63,384 nucleotides of DNA, filler included, from Actinomycetota bacterium (GCA_025963875.1; 7 parts of 7 records of this genome joined end to end with filler, not necessarily neighbours in it), one strand, 5' to 3'. Counted from the first letter of the whole stretch, positions 29,998 to 39,687 are shown. Translations and numbers: made by a program. Notes: generated by a model not told the origin, from the letters alone.

Positions 29998-30805
29998 CGA
30001 CCGCTTCCCTCCCGACGAAATCGGGCTTGGACCAGTCGATGGTCCACCCGAGGCCTGCCTCGATCGGGTTCGTGTCCACCGAGATCTCGTGGCCGTGGAG
30101 CGGGTAGCCCATCTCGAGCCGCAGCGTGTCCCGAGCCCCCAGACCGACGGGGAGGATGCCGTAGGGATCCCCGGCGTCGAGCAGGAGCTCCCAGACGCCC
30201 GGTGCATCCTCCGAAGGGACGAAGAGCTCGAACCCGTACTCGCCGGTGTAGCCGGTGCGGGCCACCTGCACGCGGGCGCCCTGGAGGTCGAAGTCGCCAA
30301 ACGCGTGGAGCGGTAGGTCCGTCGCACCCGGCAGGAGGGAGTCCGCCACCTTCCGGGAGGCCGGCCCCTGGAGGGCGAGGATCGCCCACCGCTGCCTGGC
30401 ATCGGTCACGCGGGCATCCGGTCCACCCGCCGAGCGGATGGCCTCCAGCACCGCGGAGGCGTTGGCGGCGTTGGGGACCACCAGCCAGGCGTCTGGCCGC
30501 CGGTAGACGAAGAGGTCGTCGACGATGCCGCCAGCCTCGGTGAGGACCAGGTTGTAGCGGGCCCGCCACTCCGGCATGCTCGCGACGCCGTTCGTCACCG
30601 CCCGCTCCAGCGCTTCGACGGCGCCCGGCCCCTCCACGAGCAGCTTGCCGAGGTGGGACACGTCGAAGAGGCCGACCCGCTCCCGGACCGCCGTGTGCTC
30701 GGCGACGACGCCCGAGAACTGCAGCGGCATGTCCCAGCCGGCGAAGTCGACGAGTCGGCCCCCGAGGGCGCGGTGGCTCTCGTGAAGCGGCGAACGCAGG
30801 CTCAC
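29998..30805 (-). CDS. gcvT: Glycine cleavage system aminomethyltransferase T (3' truncated)
   Basis: FAGWDMP, LFDVSHLG, RTGYTGEYGFE, GARDTLRLEMG. GTG 30805 overlaps the upstream TGA. Confidence 0.95.
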
Positions 30806-31302
30806 GACGCCCGAGGGTTGGCGGCTTCGGGCGTTTCGCCCGGACGGAGAGGAGTTTGCCCGTTGCCTTCCCCGTTCCCGGTGAGGTCGAGGCCACCGAG
30901 CGGCGGCTCGAGCTGCACCCCGGGAGGCACGGATCCGGGCGACTCGAGTCCGTACTTCACGAGCAGGCTGAGGTAGTCCCGCTGGTAGAAGATCTTGCAC
31001 CGCACCTCCGGGTACCGCTCGCGGAGGCGGCGGACCTTGCGGTTCTTCTTCGTGACCAGCTTCTGGTTGAGGGTCGTGATCTCGATGTACTGGTCGTACG
31101 CGGGGAGGTAGAAGTCGGGGGTGAACCGCTGGGTGACGTTGCCCTCGGTGTCCCAGTCGATGTCGAAGGAGCGGGGCTCGTAGTCCCATTCGATCTGGTA
31201 GAAGTCGAGAAGCCGGGCGAACTGCCGTTCGGAATAGTGGGCAAAGGCGACAGTCTCACTGCGGGGAGCCCCATCGCTGTCCTGCCCGCCGGGATGCTGG
31301 AT
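30802..31302 (-). CDS. PD-(D/E)xK-like nuclease-fold protein, apparent non-canonical ATC start
   Basis: Open frame FAHYSERQFARLLDFYQIEWDYEP...FTPDFYLP...YIEITT. No ATG/GTG/TTG until 31005. GGAGGAG lies 7 nt before ATC 31302. Confidence 0.72.
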   Translation of the reverse strand: MQHPGGQDSDGAPRSETVAFAHYSERQFARLLDFYQIEWDYEPRSFDIDWDTEGNVTQRFTPDFYLPAYDQYIEITTLNQKLVTKKNRKVRRLRERYPEVRCKIFYQRDYLSLLVKYGLESPGSVPPGVQLEPPLGGLDLTGNGEGNGQTPLRPGETPEAANPRAS

Positions 31303-31324
31303 CGCTCTACTCCTCCCCCTGCTC

Positions 31325-31849
31325 CTACCCGGCGCCTTGAGGGGCGCCGCCCGACGGCGCCACCTTCAACCGGGGTGTCTGCTCGCCGACGTCGCCTTCG
31401 GGTACGTGCGTTTCCGCTCTCTCCGGCGGCCGGAGCTCCGAGACGGAGCCCCGCAGACCGTCGATGACGGGGTCGATGGCGATGCCGAAGACGCCCTGGC
31501 CCCGCCGGAGCACGTCGACCACCTCGTTGTCGGAGTGGCAGGCGAAGATCGATGCCCCGTCGCTCACGAGGGTCACGCCACTCAGATCCGAGCCGAGTGT
31601 CCGCAGGTAGTCGATAGCCTCACGGACGCGCTGGAGGCTTACCCCCGCGTCGAGGAGCTTCTTGATGAGCTTGAGCTCGACCAGGTCCTCGAAGGAGTAG
31701 AGACGCTGGCTCCCCGAGCCCATTGCGGGCTGCACGCTCGGTGTCGCGAGCCCCGTGCGGGCCCAGTAGTCAAGCTGCCGGTAGCTGATGCCGACGATCT
31801 TGCAGACATTCGGCCCGCGGTACCCGCTCGTCGCGACAGCCTGTTGCAT
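31325..31849 (-). CDS. MerR-family regulator (Rv1830-like)
   Basis: GISYRQLDYWART...GSGSQRLYSF.D...LLDAGVSLQ...GQGVFGIA. Confidence 0.93.
   Translation of the reverse strand: MQQAVATSGYRGPNVCKIVGISYRQLDYWARTGLATPSVQPAMGSGSQRLYSFEDLVELKLIKKLLDAGVSLQRVREAIDYLRTLGSDLSGVTLVSDGASIFACHSDNEVVDVLRRGQGVFGIAIDPVIDGLRGSVSELRPPERAETHVPEGDVGEQTPRLKVAPSGGAPQGAG
31329..31348 (-). repeat. REP-like palindrome copy forming the last codons (GAPQGAG) of the MerR gene
   Basis: Reverse complement reads GGCGCC CCTCAA GGCGCC GG. Confidence 0.7.
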
Positions 31850-31886
31850 GGGGGAGCCTCCCGTTCCTGTAATTACGACTGACGCG

Positions 31887-31953
31887 AGGCTAAGTCCGTG
31901 CCAAACCGAGCGTCAAGGTTTAGAGCTTCAAAAAAAGCTTAGCTTGACCTTGA
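31887..31953 (-). promoter_or_regulatory. Putative sigma70-type promoter and dyad upstream of the Rv1830-like merR
   Basis: Minus strand TTGACG-18 nt-TAGCCT. AT-rich dyad TCAAGGT (31913-31919) ... ACCTTGA (31947-31953). Confidence 0.45.
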
Positions 31954-31984
31954 GAGTTGGGGGCACCCGACGTGGCATCCCGCA

Positions 31985-32473
31985 CTATTGGCTCTTGAAG
32001 TCCTCGGGCGTGACCTGATCGAGGAACTCACGGAACTTTTCGACTTCCGTTTCCTCGCTCTCGTCTTCCCGCATGCTGATGCTCGCCTCCTCGAGGACCT
32101 CCTCGGCGGCGAAGATCGGTGCCCCCGCGCGCACCGCAAGAGCGATGGCGTCGGACGGGCGGCTGGAGACTTCGTAGGCCTGGCCGTGCGCCCGCATGCG
32201 GATGACGGCGTAGAAGGTGCCCTCGCGCAGCTCGGTGATGTCGATGCCCTCGACGGTGACGCCGAGCTCGTCCACGATGTTCTTGAGGAGGTCGTGGGTC
32301 ATCGGCCGCTGCGTGACGACCCCCTGCAGGGCGAAGGCGATGGCGGTGGCCTCCACGGCACCGATCCAGATGGGGAGGAAGCGGCCACCCTCGCGCTCCT
32401 TCAACAGCACGATCGGCTGATTGGTGGGCAACTCGACCCGGACTCCGACGAGCGTAACCTCGACCATCTTCAC
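31985..32473 (-). CDS. Bifunctional nuclease family protein (DUF151)
   Basis: PIVLL, LPIWIG..EA.AI, RPMTHDL, RPSDAIALA, VEKFREFLD. Confidence 0.95.
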   Translation of the reverse strand: MKMVEVTLVGVRVELPTNQPIVLLKEREGGRFLPIWIGAVEATAIAFALQGVVTQRPMTHDLLKNIVDELGVTVEGIDITELREGTFYAVIRMRAHGQAYEVSSRPSDAIALAVRAGAPIFAAEEVLEEASISMREDESEETEVEKFREFLDQVTPEDFKSQ

Positions 32474-32521
32474 CGCCTGCGGTTGAGGCCGCCGGAGGGC
32501 CTTCCCCCGAACAACATCAAT

Positions 32522-33160
32522 CTAGTGTATTCCCGGAAAGCCTGCGTCGATGTCGTTAGACGCGGGATTCGACGTGATTGTAGATTTTTCCGCGTAGAGA
32601 TCGTCGATGAGGGCGTCCGGCGAGGCCGCCAGACGGGCCGGGTCGCTCACGGCCATGAGGTAGGGGAGGTTCCGGTACCGGCCGGCAATGTCCAGCCCGT
32701 AGCCGATCAGGAACTCCCCCGTCTCGAAGCCCACGTAGTCCACCTGCAGCTCGGCGATGCGCAGCACCCGCTTGTCCACCAACGTGCAGACGCGCAGAGA
32801 CGCAGGATCCCGCGTCTTCAGGTTCCGCAGCAGGTAGGACAGGGACAGGCCCGTGTCGACGATGTCCTCGACGACCACGACATGGCGGCCCTGGAGCGGC
32901 TGCTCGAGGTCCTTCACGATGCGGACCACCCCGTTGTAGGGATCGGCCGAGTACCGCGAGATCGACATGAAGTCGACGTCGGTGTCGATCGGCAGCCGGC
33001 GCACGAGATCGGCCAGGAAGATCACCGACCCCTTCAGCACCGAGATGAGCAGCGGTCGCTCCTCCCCCAGCCCGTCCAGGTCCGCGGCCACCGCCTGAGC
33101 GAGATCGGCGACGCGAGAGCGGATCTGCGCGGCCGTGTAGAGAACTTCGGCGAGGGCCAT
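32522..33160 (-). CDS. hpt: Hypoxanthine phosphoribosyltransferase
   Basis: VLKGSVIFLADL, PRPP motif VEDIVDTGLS, GYGLD, YRNLP. Confidence 0.92.
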   Translation of the reverse strand: MALAEVLYTAAQIRSRVADLAQAVAADLDGLGEERPLLISVLKGSVIFLADLVRRLPIDTDVDFMSISRYSADPYNGVVRIVKDLEQPLQGRHVVVVEDIVDTGLSLSYLLRNLKTRDPASLRVCTLVDKRVLRIAELQVDYVGFETGEFLIGYGLDIAGRYRNLPYLMAVSDPARLAASPDALIDDLYAEKSTITSNPASNDIDAGFPGIH

Positions 33161-33171
33161 AGCGCGCTCGG

Positions 33172-33915
33172 CTACCGCTGGAGGTGCTCCCGGAGACTGG
33201 CCCGGAGCAGGAGCTGCTTGAGCCGTTTGGACATCTTGGCGAGGTCGTTGAGCGACTGGACGGCGCGCCGCTTGGAGTCGTTCGAGGCTCCCCGGTGGGG
33301 CACGACCGCCTGCTGGAAGAGGCCGGCCTCCCGATCGGCGAAGTGGCGGTACATCCGCATGTGCCGGGGCTCGATGCCGTACTTGCCGAAATCACGGGCG
33401 ATCTTGGCGATCATCAGGTCGTCCTCGTCGTAGAAGGCGCTGCCCTCGAGCGGGTGGGCGTCGAGCAGACCGTACTGCTCCAGTTCCCGGACGTGCTCGG
33501 CGGGGAGGCCGCTGGCGGCGACCAGCTCGTCGAAGCTCAGGTGCAGGCCGCCCACCGGCGTGTCCAGGTCGTCCTCCGCCGAGATCGGGGGGAGGGGGGG
33601 TTCCACCGGCGCCACACCGTCGCGCGGGCGGGTGGCGGGGGGCCGGGAGACCGCCTCGGCCCCGTCCGCCTCGAACTGCTCCAGCTTGCGCCGGATGATC
33701 TTGAGGGGCATGAAGTTGTCCCGCTGCAGCCGCAGGATGTAGCGCAGCCGGGCCAGGTCCTGCTGGTAGAACTTCCGGTAGCCCGACGGCGTCCGCTCGG
33801 GCTCGATCAGCCCTTCCGCCTCCAGGAACCGGATCTTCGAGACCGTGACCTCTGGGAATTCTTCGCGGAGAGACTTGAGCACGTCCCCGATGCTCATGAA
33901 CGCCCGGGTGGTCAC
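33172..33915 (-). CDS. MerR-family regulator (FtsR/Rv1828-like)
   Basis: MSIGDVL..L.EEFP.VTVSKIRFLE.EGL..P.RTPSGYRKF...GIEPRH. Conserved position after the FHA gene. Confidence 0.92.
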   Translation of the reverse strand: MTTRAFMSIGDVLKSLREEFPEVTVSKIRFLEAEGLIEPERTPSGYRKFYQQDLARLRYILRLQRDNFMPLKIIRRKLEQFEADGAEAVSRPPATRPRDGVAPVEPPLPPISAEDDLDTPVGGLHLSFDELVAASGLPAEHVRELEQYGLLDAHPLEGSAFYDEDDLMIAKIARDFGKYGIEPRHMRMYRHFADREAGLFQQAVVPHRGASNDSKRRAVQSLNDLAKMSKRLKQLLLRASLREHLQR

Positions 33916-34388
33916 GCTCGAGGGGGACCCCCAGTGAAGAAGACGAGCTTGAACTTCCCGATCTGGATCTCGTCGCCGCTGGACAGGGGGGCCGACTCCA
34001 CCCGGTGACGGTTGACGAAGGTCCCGTTGAGGCTTCCCACGTCCTCCAGGTGGAAGGCGTTGTCCTTCCGTCGTATCTCCGCGTGGCGGCGGGAGACCGT
34101 CACGTCGTCCAGGAAGATATCGCTGGAGGGGTTGCGCCCGCAGGTGACCACGTCCTTGTCGAGAAAGAACTTCGTCCCGGCATTGGGGCCTCGGCGCACG
34201 ACGACAATGGCCTTCCCCTCCTCGAGCTCGTCGATGGGGACGGAGAACTCCTCCTCTCCGTCACCCTCCGTCTCGAGGCTGAACGTAACCGTCGTGTCTT
34301 CGCCCGGGTCGGCGCGAAGCGGCGCCCCGCAGGTGCCGCAGAAGTTCGAGCCCTCGGGGTTGCGGTTGCCGCAGTTGAGACAGACCAT
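33912..34388 (-). CDS. Zinc-ribbon + FHA protein (GarA/OdhI-like)
   Basis: CxxC...CxxCG, EDTTVTF (GarA ETTS-like), GR.PSSDIFLDDVTVSRRHA, GSLNGTFVN. Confidence 0.92.
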   Translation of the reverse strand: MVCLNCGNRNPEGSNFCGTCGAPLRADPGEDTTVTFSLETEGDGEEEFSVPIDELEEGKAIVVVRRGPNAGTKFFLDKDVVTCGRNPSSDIFLDDVTVSRRHAEIRRKDNAFHLEDVGSLNGTFVNRHRVESAPLSSGDEIQIGKFKLVFFTGGPPRA

Positions 34389-34432
34389 CGCTTGTCCTCG
34401 CTTCCTTGACCCCCACCCGGGCCAATGTCAAT

Positions 34433-35218
34433 CTAAACCATACGTAGAGGGTCTCGCAAAGCCGCCGCCGCATGGGGCCCCTCCGGCGCACCCCGATACT
34501 GCGGAGCATCTCCTCCCCACTCCCACTCGAGGCGCTCAGGGCGCCGCCGGCAGGGCTCCGCCCCCCACGCAACCGCAAAACCAGCGATCAGGGCAGAAGC
34601 TGTCTCACTCCAAGTCGTCCCTGGTCTCCAGTCCTCCACACAGGTTGACGTCCGGTCGGCGCTCTCATCCAGCAGACTGGCCATCTTTTCACGAATATCG
34701 ACAATGGGGAGGGAGCCGTGCTGCAGGAACCACCCCCGGCGCCGGACCTGGGCGCTTCCGCAGATCTTGTGGCCCCCCACCTCCAGGTCGGCTCCCGTGG
34801 CCACGGCGAAGCAGTCCAGCGGCCGCGCCGTTGCCGGATGCTCGGCGACCCTGGCCTCGATGCCCATCAGATGGAGCCCGGCCACCAGGCCCCCGGCCAC
34901 CCACCGGTAGGCCTCGAGGACGCTGCGGCCCGCCTCGGGAGCGACCACGGAGTAGGTGACGTCACGGTCGTGCAGGACGCAGCCCCCCCCGGTCGCCCGG
35001 TGCACGATCTCCACGCCCGTCGCCGCGCACCGCCGCCGGACGTCCTCGGGCAGGTCGACCTTGGCGCCCACCGACAGGGTCGGCGGATGCCAGCCGTAGA
35101 CGCGGAGCACGGGATCGGGGCGCTCCGCTGCGACGGAGGCCCCCAGGACGCCCACGTCGAGCGCCATGTTGGCGGCGGGCGTCAGCTCCCCCGCTTCGAG
35201 GAGCGTCCAGGCGGTCAC
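34433..35218 (-). CDS. Lipoate-protein ligase / octanoyltransferase (LplA/LipM family)
   Basis: NMALD, LRVYGW, RATGGGCVLH, KICGSAQ, LQHGSL. GTG 35218 overlaps the gcvH stop. Confidence 0.88.
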   Translation of the reverse strand: MTAWTLLEAGELTPAANMALDVGVLGASVAAERPDPVLRVYGWHPPTLSVGAKVDLPEDVRRRCAATGVEIVHRATGGGCVLHDRDVTYSVVAPEAGRSVLEAYRWVAGGLVAGLHLMGIEARVAEHPATARPLDCFAVATGADLEVGGHKICGSAQVRRRGWFLQHGSLPIVDIREKMASLLDESADRTSTCVEDWRPGTTWSETASALIAGFAVAWGAEPCRRRPERLEWEWGGDAPQYRGAPEGPHAAAALRDPLRMV

Positions 35219-35622
35219 CCGCCCTCGGCGCCTTCGAGCTCTGCGACCACCGCTGCGTACTGCTCGGCAGTCAGCAGCCCCTCGTACTCCGCGGCGTCCC
35301 CGGGCTCGATGACCACCAGCCAGCCCTCGCCGTAGGGGTCCTGGTTGACCAGCGCAGGGTTGTCCCGGCATTCGGCGTTGAGCCCCTTGACGGACCCCGA
35401 GAGGGGGGCATAGATGTCGGACACGGACTTCGTGGACTCCACCTCCCCCATGGACTCCCCCGCCGTGACGGCGCTCTCCAGTTCGGGCAGGTCGAGGAAC
35501 ACGACGTCACCGAGGCGCGACTGGGCGAAGTCGGTGATCCCCACCTTCACCTTGCCGTCGTCGCCGAGCGACGCCCATTCGTGCTCCCGGGTGTAGCGCA
35601 GGTCCGGGGGGATGAGTGACAT
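35215..35622 (-). CDS. gcvH: Glycine cleavage system H protein
   Basis: YTREHEW, GITDFAQ, EVESTKSVSD (lipoyl Lys), N.DPYGEGWL. Confidence 0.97.
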   Translation of the reverse strand: MSLIPPDLRYTREHEWASLGDDGKVKVGITDFAQSRLGDVVFLDLPELESAVTAGESMGEVESTKSVSDIYAPLSGSVKGLNAECRDNPALVNQDPYGEGWLVVIEPGDAAEYEGLLTAEQYAAVVAELEGAEGG

Positions 35623-35686
35623 GGAGCCTCCTTGGCTGAGTGATTGGGGCCCCAAAGGGGGCCTGAGGGCGGATTATCCCGCGCGG

Positions 35687-36322
35687 CTAGGCACGGTTGC
35701 TCCCGTCGCCGGGCGTCGCCCTCAGCAGGCGGCGGATCTCCCGGGCGTAGAGGAACCCGGCGGCCCAGTACAGCACGGCCCCGAAGCCGAGCAGGACGAG
35801 GCCGGTGATCCGCACCGCGGACGCTCCGGACTTCAGGCCCGCCACGCCGCTCACCTTCATGACCACGCTGATCGAGATCGCCCCCATCCCGGTGAAGAGC
35901 GCAGCCGTCGCCCGCTTGCCGGTGCGGTTCACGGGGAGCCGGGGCAGGCCCCGCTTCTCGAAAACGGCGAAGGCCACCATGATGATCACGTCCCGGGCGA
36001 CGATGACCGACGAGAGCCACCACGGCACCGTCCCCTTGATGCTGTACGCGACCAGGACGGCGATGATGACGACCCGGTCGGCGAGGGGGTCGAGCAGCTT
36101 GCCGAGGACGCTCACCTGCCCGGTTGCCCGGGCGACAAAGCCGTCCACGAAGTCGCTCGTGCCCACGACGGTGAGGATGATCATCGCCGGCAGGACGCTG
36201 CCGATCACGTAGAGCCAGAGGAAGACGGGGACGAGCAGGAGGCGAGCGAAGGAGATGACGTTGGGGGCGGTCAGGACCCGGTGCAGGACGACCTCGTCGG
36301 CGTCTCCGTTCACGCTGGCCAT
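35687..36322 (-). CDS. CDP-alcohol phosphatidyltransferase
   Basis: PNVIS..R and SDFVDGFVAR......LGKLLDPLAD motif. Confidence 0.93.
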   Translation of the reverse strand: MASVNGDADEVVLHRVLTAPNVISFARLLLVPVFLWLYVIGSVLPAMIILTVVGTSDFVDGFVARATGQVSVLGKLLDPLADRVVIIAVLVAYSIKGTVPWWLSSVIVARDVIIMVAFAVFEKRGLPRLPVNRTGKRATAALFTGMGAISISVVMKVSGVAGLKSGASAVRITGLVLLGFGAVLYWAAGFLYAREIRRLLRATPGDGSNRA

Positions 36323-36388
36323 CCCCAGGGCCGATCATAGCAGCGTGGTGACACCGTTCCGCGGGCAGGCTCGCAACCCCGTTCGGCC

Positions 36389-37255
36389 GTGAGGAGCGCG
36401 GCCCGATCCCCCCTCCCCAGTGCCGTGCGCACGCTGTCCGCCGGCGGGCGGGAGCGCTCCTACCGCCTCTGGCGTCCGGTTTCGGTCGAGACCGGGAAGC
36501 GGGCCCCCCTCGTCGTCGTGCTCCACGGCGGCTTCGGCTCCGCGGGGCAGGCAGAGCAGTCCTACGGGTGGGACGAGCTGGCCGACCGCCACGGCTTTCT
36601 CGTCGCCTACCCCGACGGGGTGGGCAGGTCGTGGAACGCGGGATGGTGCTGCGGGGCCGCCCGCACCCAGGAAGTCGACGACGTGGCCTTCGTGCGAGAG
36701 CTCGTTGGGGAGGTATCGGCAACGGACGGCGTCGACCCCCGGCGTGTCTTCGCCGCAGGGGTGTCGAACGGGGGGATGCTGGCCTACCGCGTCGCCTGCG
36801 AGTCGCCCGGCCTCCTCGCCGCGATCGGGGTCGTGGCCGCCACGATGGTCTGCGACTGCCTCCAGCCGGGGCCGGTCTCCCTCCTGCACATCCACGGGCT
36901 GGAGGACCGCAGCGTCCCCTTCTGGGGCGGGGTGGGGCTGGAGGTGGGGCTGGAGGCCCGCAACCGTCGGCCACCCCCGTCGGTGCCCTCCGTCGTCCAG
37001 TTCTGGAGGGCGGGAGGAGGCTGCGGCCCACCCACGGTCACCGAGATCGGGCAGGTGCGCCGCGAGTCCGCCGCCGGCCCGGGCGGGATCGAGGTCTGCC
37101 TCGTCACCCTCGCCGGCGTCGGCCACGTCTGGCCAGGGTCACGGCCGCCGTCGTCCGCGGTGGCGGCGATGCTCGGCCTCGACCCCCCGAGCGACGTCAT
37201 CGACGCCACCGAGGAGCTGTGGTCGTTCTTCGCCGACCATCCACGGCCGTGGTGA
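36389..37255 (+). CDS. PHB depolymerase/LpqC-family esterase
   Basis: LVVVLHGG, WNAGWCCG, GVSNGG, HG.ED, GHVWPG. Confidence 0.88.
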   Translation: MRSAARSPLPSAVRTLSAGGRERSYRLWRPVSVETGKRAPLVVVLHGGFGSAGQAEQSYGWDELADRHGFLVAYPDGVGRSWNAGWCCGAARTQEVDDVAFVRELVGEVSATDGVDPRRVFAAGVSNGGMLAYRVACESPGLLAAIGVVAATMVCDCLQPGPVSLLHIHGLEDRSVPFWGGVGLEVGLEARNRRPPPSVPSVVQFWRAGGGCGPPTVTEIGQVRRESAAGPGGIEVCLVTLAGVGHVWPGSRPPSSAVAAMLGLDPPSDVIDATEELWSFFADHPRPW

Positions 37256-37380
37256 CCGCCGCGTCCATTTGTCGACTTGTGGCTGTCAATAGCCCTTTTG
37301 GTCCTCAGGAATAACCCGAATGGGCTATATCGCTTGGGGGGCCGCTCTTCCGATACTGCTGTGGAAGGGGAACGGCCACC

Positions 37381-37920
37381 ATGGTGTACTCGCAAACACT
37401 GCAGCTCGCGCCTCCTCGAATCCGCGTCGAGCTCCGTCGCGTCCTCATCTGCCTCGCCGCCGCCGCCATCGCCCTGACCGGGGCCGCCCTGGCTCCCGGC
37501 AACGCCTTCGCGAACCAGACCTATCCCGCCGCCGTGGGCCACTCCATCATTGCGGACGGCGCCTTGCCCGTCGCCACCCCGGTCCCGCTTCCACTGGGGA
37601 CCCGCTACCTGGCTCGCAAGACCGTGGAGCGCATCGCGAAGGACGACATCGGCAAGCTGCACGGCCTGCGCATCGGCCCCTTCGCCCCCGGCGCCGCCTC
37701 CAGGGCCATGCCGTTGGGATGGGCCGAGCCCCTGATCGGCCACCAGTTGCCCGCCGGCGCCGACCGGGCGACGCCGGTCTGGGTGGTGACGGTCGACGCC
37801 CCGCCGAAGGCCAACGTTCTGGGTGACCCGACGACGGCCAAGGTCTTCACCGACGTGATCAACGCAGTCTCGGGCGCCGTCATCGACACCTGCTCAGGCT
37901 GCAGGACCGTGAGGGACTAA
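37381..37920 (+). CDS. Hypothetical secreted protein
   Basis: Signal-like segment ending AFA, and a C-terminal VINAVSGAVIDTCSGC (PepSY-like strand pattern). Confidence 0.65.
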   Translation: MVYSQTLQLAPPRIRVELRRVLICLAAAAIALTGAALAPGNAFANQTYPAAVGHSIIADGALPVATPVPLPLGTRYLARKTVERIAKDDIGKLHGLRIGPFAPGAASRAMPLGWAEPLIGHQLPAGADRATPVWVVTVDAPPKANVLGDPTTAKVFTDVINAVSGAVIDTCSGCRTVRD

Positions 37921-37939
37921 CCCGGCGGGGGGAGCCTCC

Positions 37940-38646
37940 CTACTTGGGACGGCGCCGTTCGGACTTCCCTGTGATCTGGGGACCTGACCAAGGGGCGACA
38001 TTGCCCAGACTGGAGTTGATCTGAGAGACCCAGAGCCCATCGTTCATGATGACCTGCACCCGCTGCTCCAGTTCGGTCGTGTCGACGCCCTTCCCTTTCA
38101 GGAACTCACAGATGCTCACCAGAAGGTGCCCGTCGATGATCTTCTGGAACCTCTCGATATCCATCTTCTGGAAATATTTCGCATACTCGTTGTCGGCCCC
38201 GATCTCCCGGATGCTGCTACCGGCGCGGGCCCCGTAGTCGAACCGCAGATTCTCTCGGATGGATTGCGCGACTCGCTGCTGTCGCCGCGCGCGGGTAACG
38301 GGACGCGCCAGCCACTTCGCCACCCGGAGGGGCGCCTTCAACCAGAGCAACGGCGTGGCGACTGCGCTGTCGACGATCACGCGAACGAACTCGTGCGGTG
38401 TGGGCCGGCGATTGTAGGTGTTGATGGTGTAGTAATGACCTTTGAGGGGAGGGAGAACGAAGTGGTTCGCCTCCACGAACAGGTAATCCCCGGTCCGGGA
38501 GAACCTCAGGAACGTTGACAGAATCAGCTCACTCTGCCAGGCCGCAACCTTGATGTCTGCGAATTGCCGGACCAGCTCAGGGGGCTTCGCGTCGAGTGCG
38601 GCGACATTTTCGATGTTGTACCGCAGCCTGGGGAACCGATCCTGTG
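37940..38646 (-). CDS. Paralog of 318-1988 (5' truncated by gap)
   Basis: Frame is open to the contig end. RFPRLRY...VRQFADIKVAAW...RRPTPHEF...LWLKAPLRVA matches 318-1988. Confidence 0.85.
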
Positions 38647-38747
38647 NNNNNNNNNNNNNNNNNNNNNNNNNNNNNNNNNNNNNNNNNNNNTTAATTAATT
38701 AANNNNNNNNNNNNNNNNNNNNNNNNNNNNNNNNNNNNNNNNNNNNG

Positions 38748-39245
38748 CTGCAGTATGTGGACTCCCCGGTCGTGGAGCTCCGCGACCTCATCCGCCTGGA
38801 CTGGGACGCCATGGACGGGTGGTTCGAGGAGGATGAAGAGGTCTACACCCACCCGCGGGACCCGTACACGCGCGTCGACATCCTGCCCACGTCGCGCCAC
38901 GTGCGGGTGGAGCTCGACGGCGTGGTCCTCACAGACTCGACGAACGCCCGGGTCCTGTTCGAGACGGGTCTTCCCCCGCGCTGGTACGTGCCGAAGGTCG
39001 ATGTCCGCATGGACCTGCTCGTGCCCACCGACACGGCCACCCACTGTCCCTACAAGGGCCAGGCTCAATACTGGGCGGTACGGGTGGGGGACCGCCTTGT
39101 ACAGGATCTCGCCTGGTCGTACCGCACGCCGCTGCCGGAGAGCCAGAAGATCGCGGGGCTGGTCGCCTTCTACAACGAGCGGGTCGACCTGTTCCTCGAC
39201 GGCAAGCTCCAGGAACGGCCCGTCACGAAGTTCAGCAGCCAATGA
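38748..39245 (+). CDS. DUF427 domain protein (5' truncated)
   Basis: HPRDPY.RVD, LFETGLPPRWY, T.CPYKG, LAWSY, I.GLVAFYNE. Confidence 0.92.
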   Translation: MQYVDSPVVELRDLIRLDWDAMDGWFEEDEEVYTHPRDPYTRVDILPTSRHVRVELDGVVLTDSTNARVLFETGLPPRWYVPKVDVRMDLLVPTDTATHCPYKGQAQYWAVRVGDRLVQDLAWSYRTPLPESQKIAGLVAFYNERVDLFLDGKLQERPVTKFSSQ

Positions 39246-39687
39246 AGGAGGGTCTGGAGGCCACGTGAGGACGGGCGAAGCTGGGCACGGGACCCGCCTC
39301 AGGCGCGTCCTTGGCCGTTCCGCTGGGGCATAGTGCGGTGCGCCACTGGCCCAGGGTGGCGAGCTCATCGACGGCAGGGCCCGAATTGCTCAGGGTGATG
39401 GAATGCCACGACCCCAGCTGGACCGGCATGTCCGCCAGGATCCTCCGAGTAGCAGTGTTGGGCGTCCACCTCAATGGGCGAGGCGGTCCGGGAGTGCCGC
39501 CTGGTCTTCGGAGCGACCGGCTCCAGACCAGCCCAGACCAGAACGGGCACCTCCACCCTCAAACTGACGACAATGAATGTTCCTCAGGAACAACCAGTGT
39601 CGTCAGTTTTCGCCGACCGGGTGAGCTTCCTGCCTTTGGCGCTCCGGCACGGCTCGCCGATGGAAACGGGGCCAGTTCGCCACGGTC

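Noticed and set aside
34426..34460. Possible FtsR/MerR operator upstream of the FHA gene
   Set aside because: Dyad symmetry is weak and the promoter elements are ambiguous, so it cannot be supported by eye.
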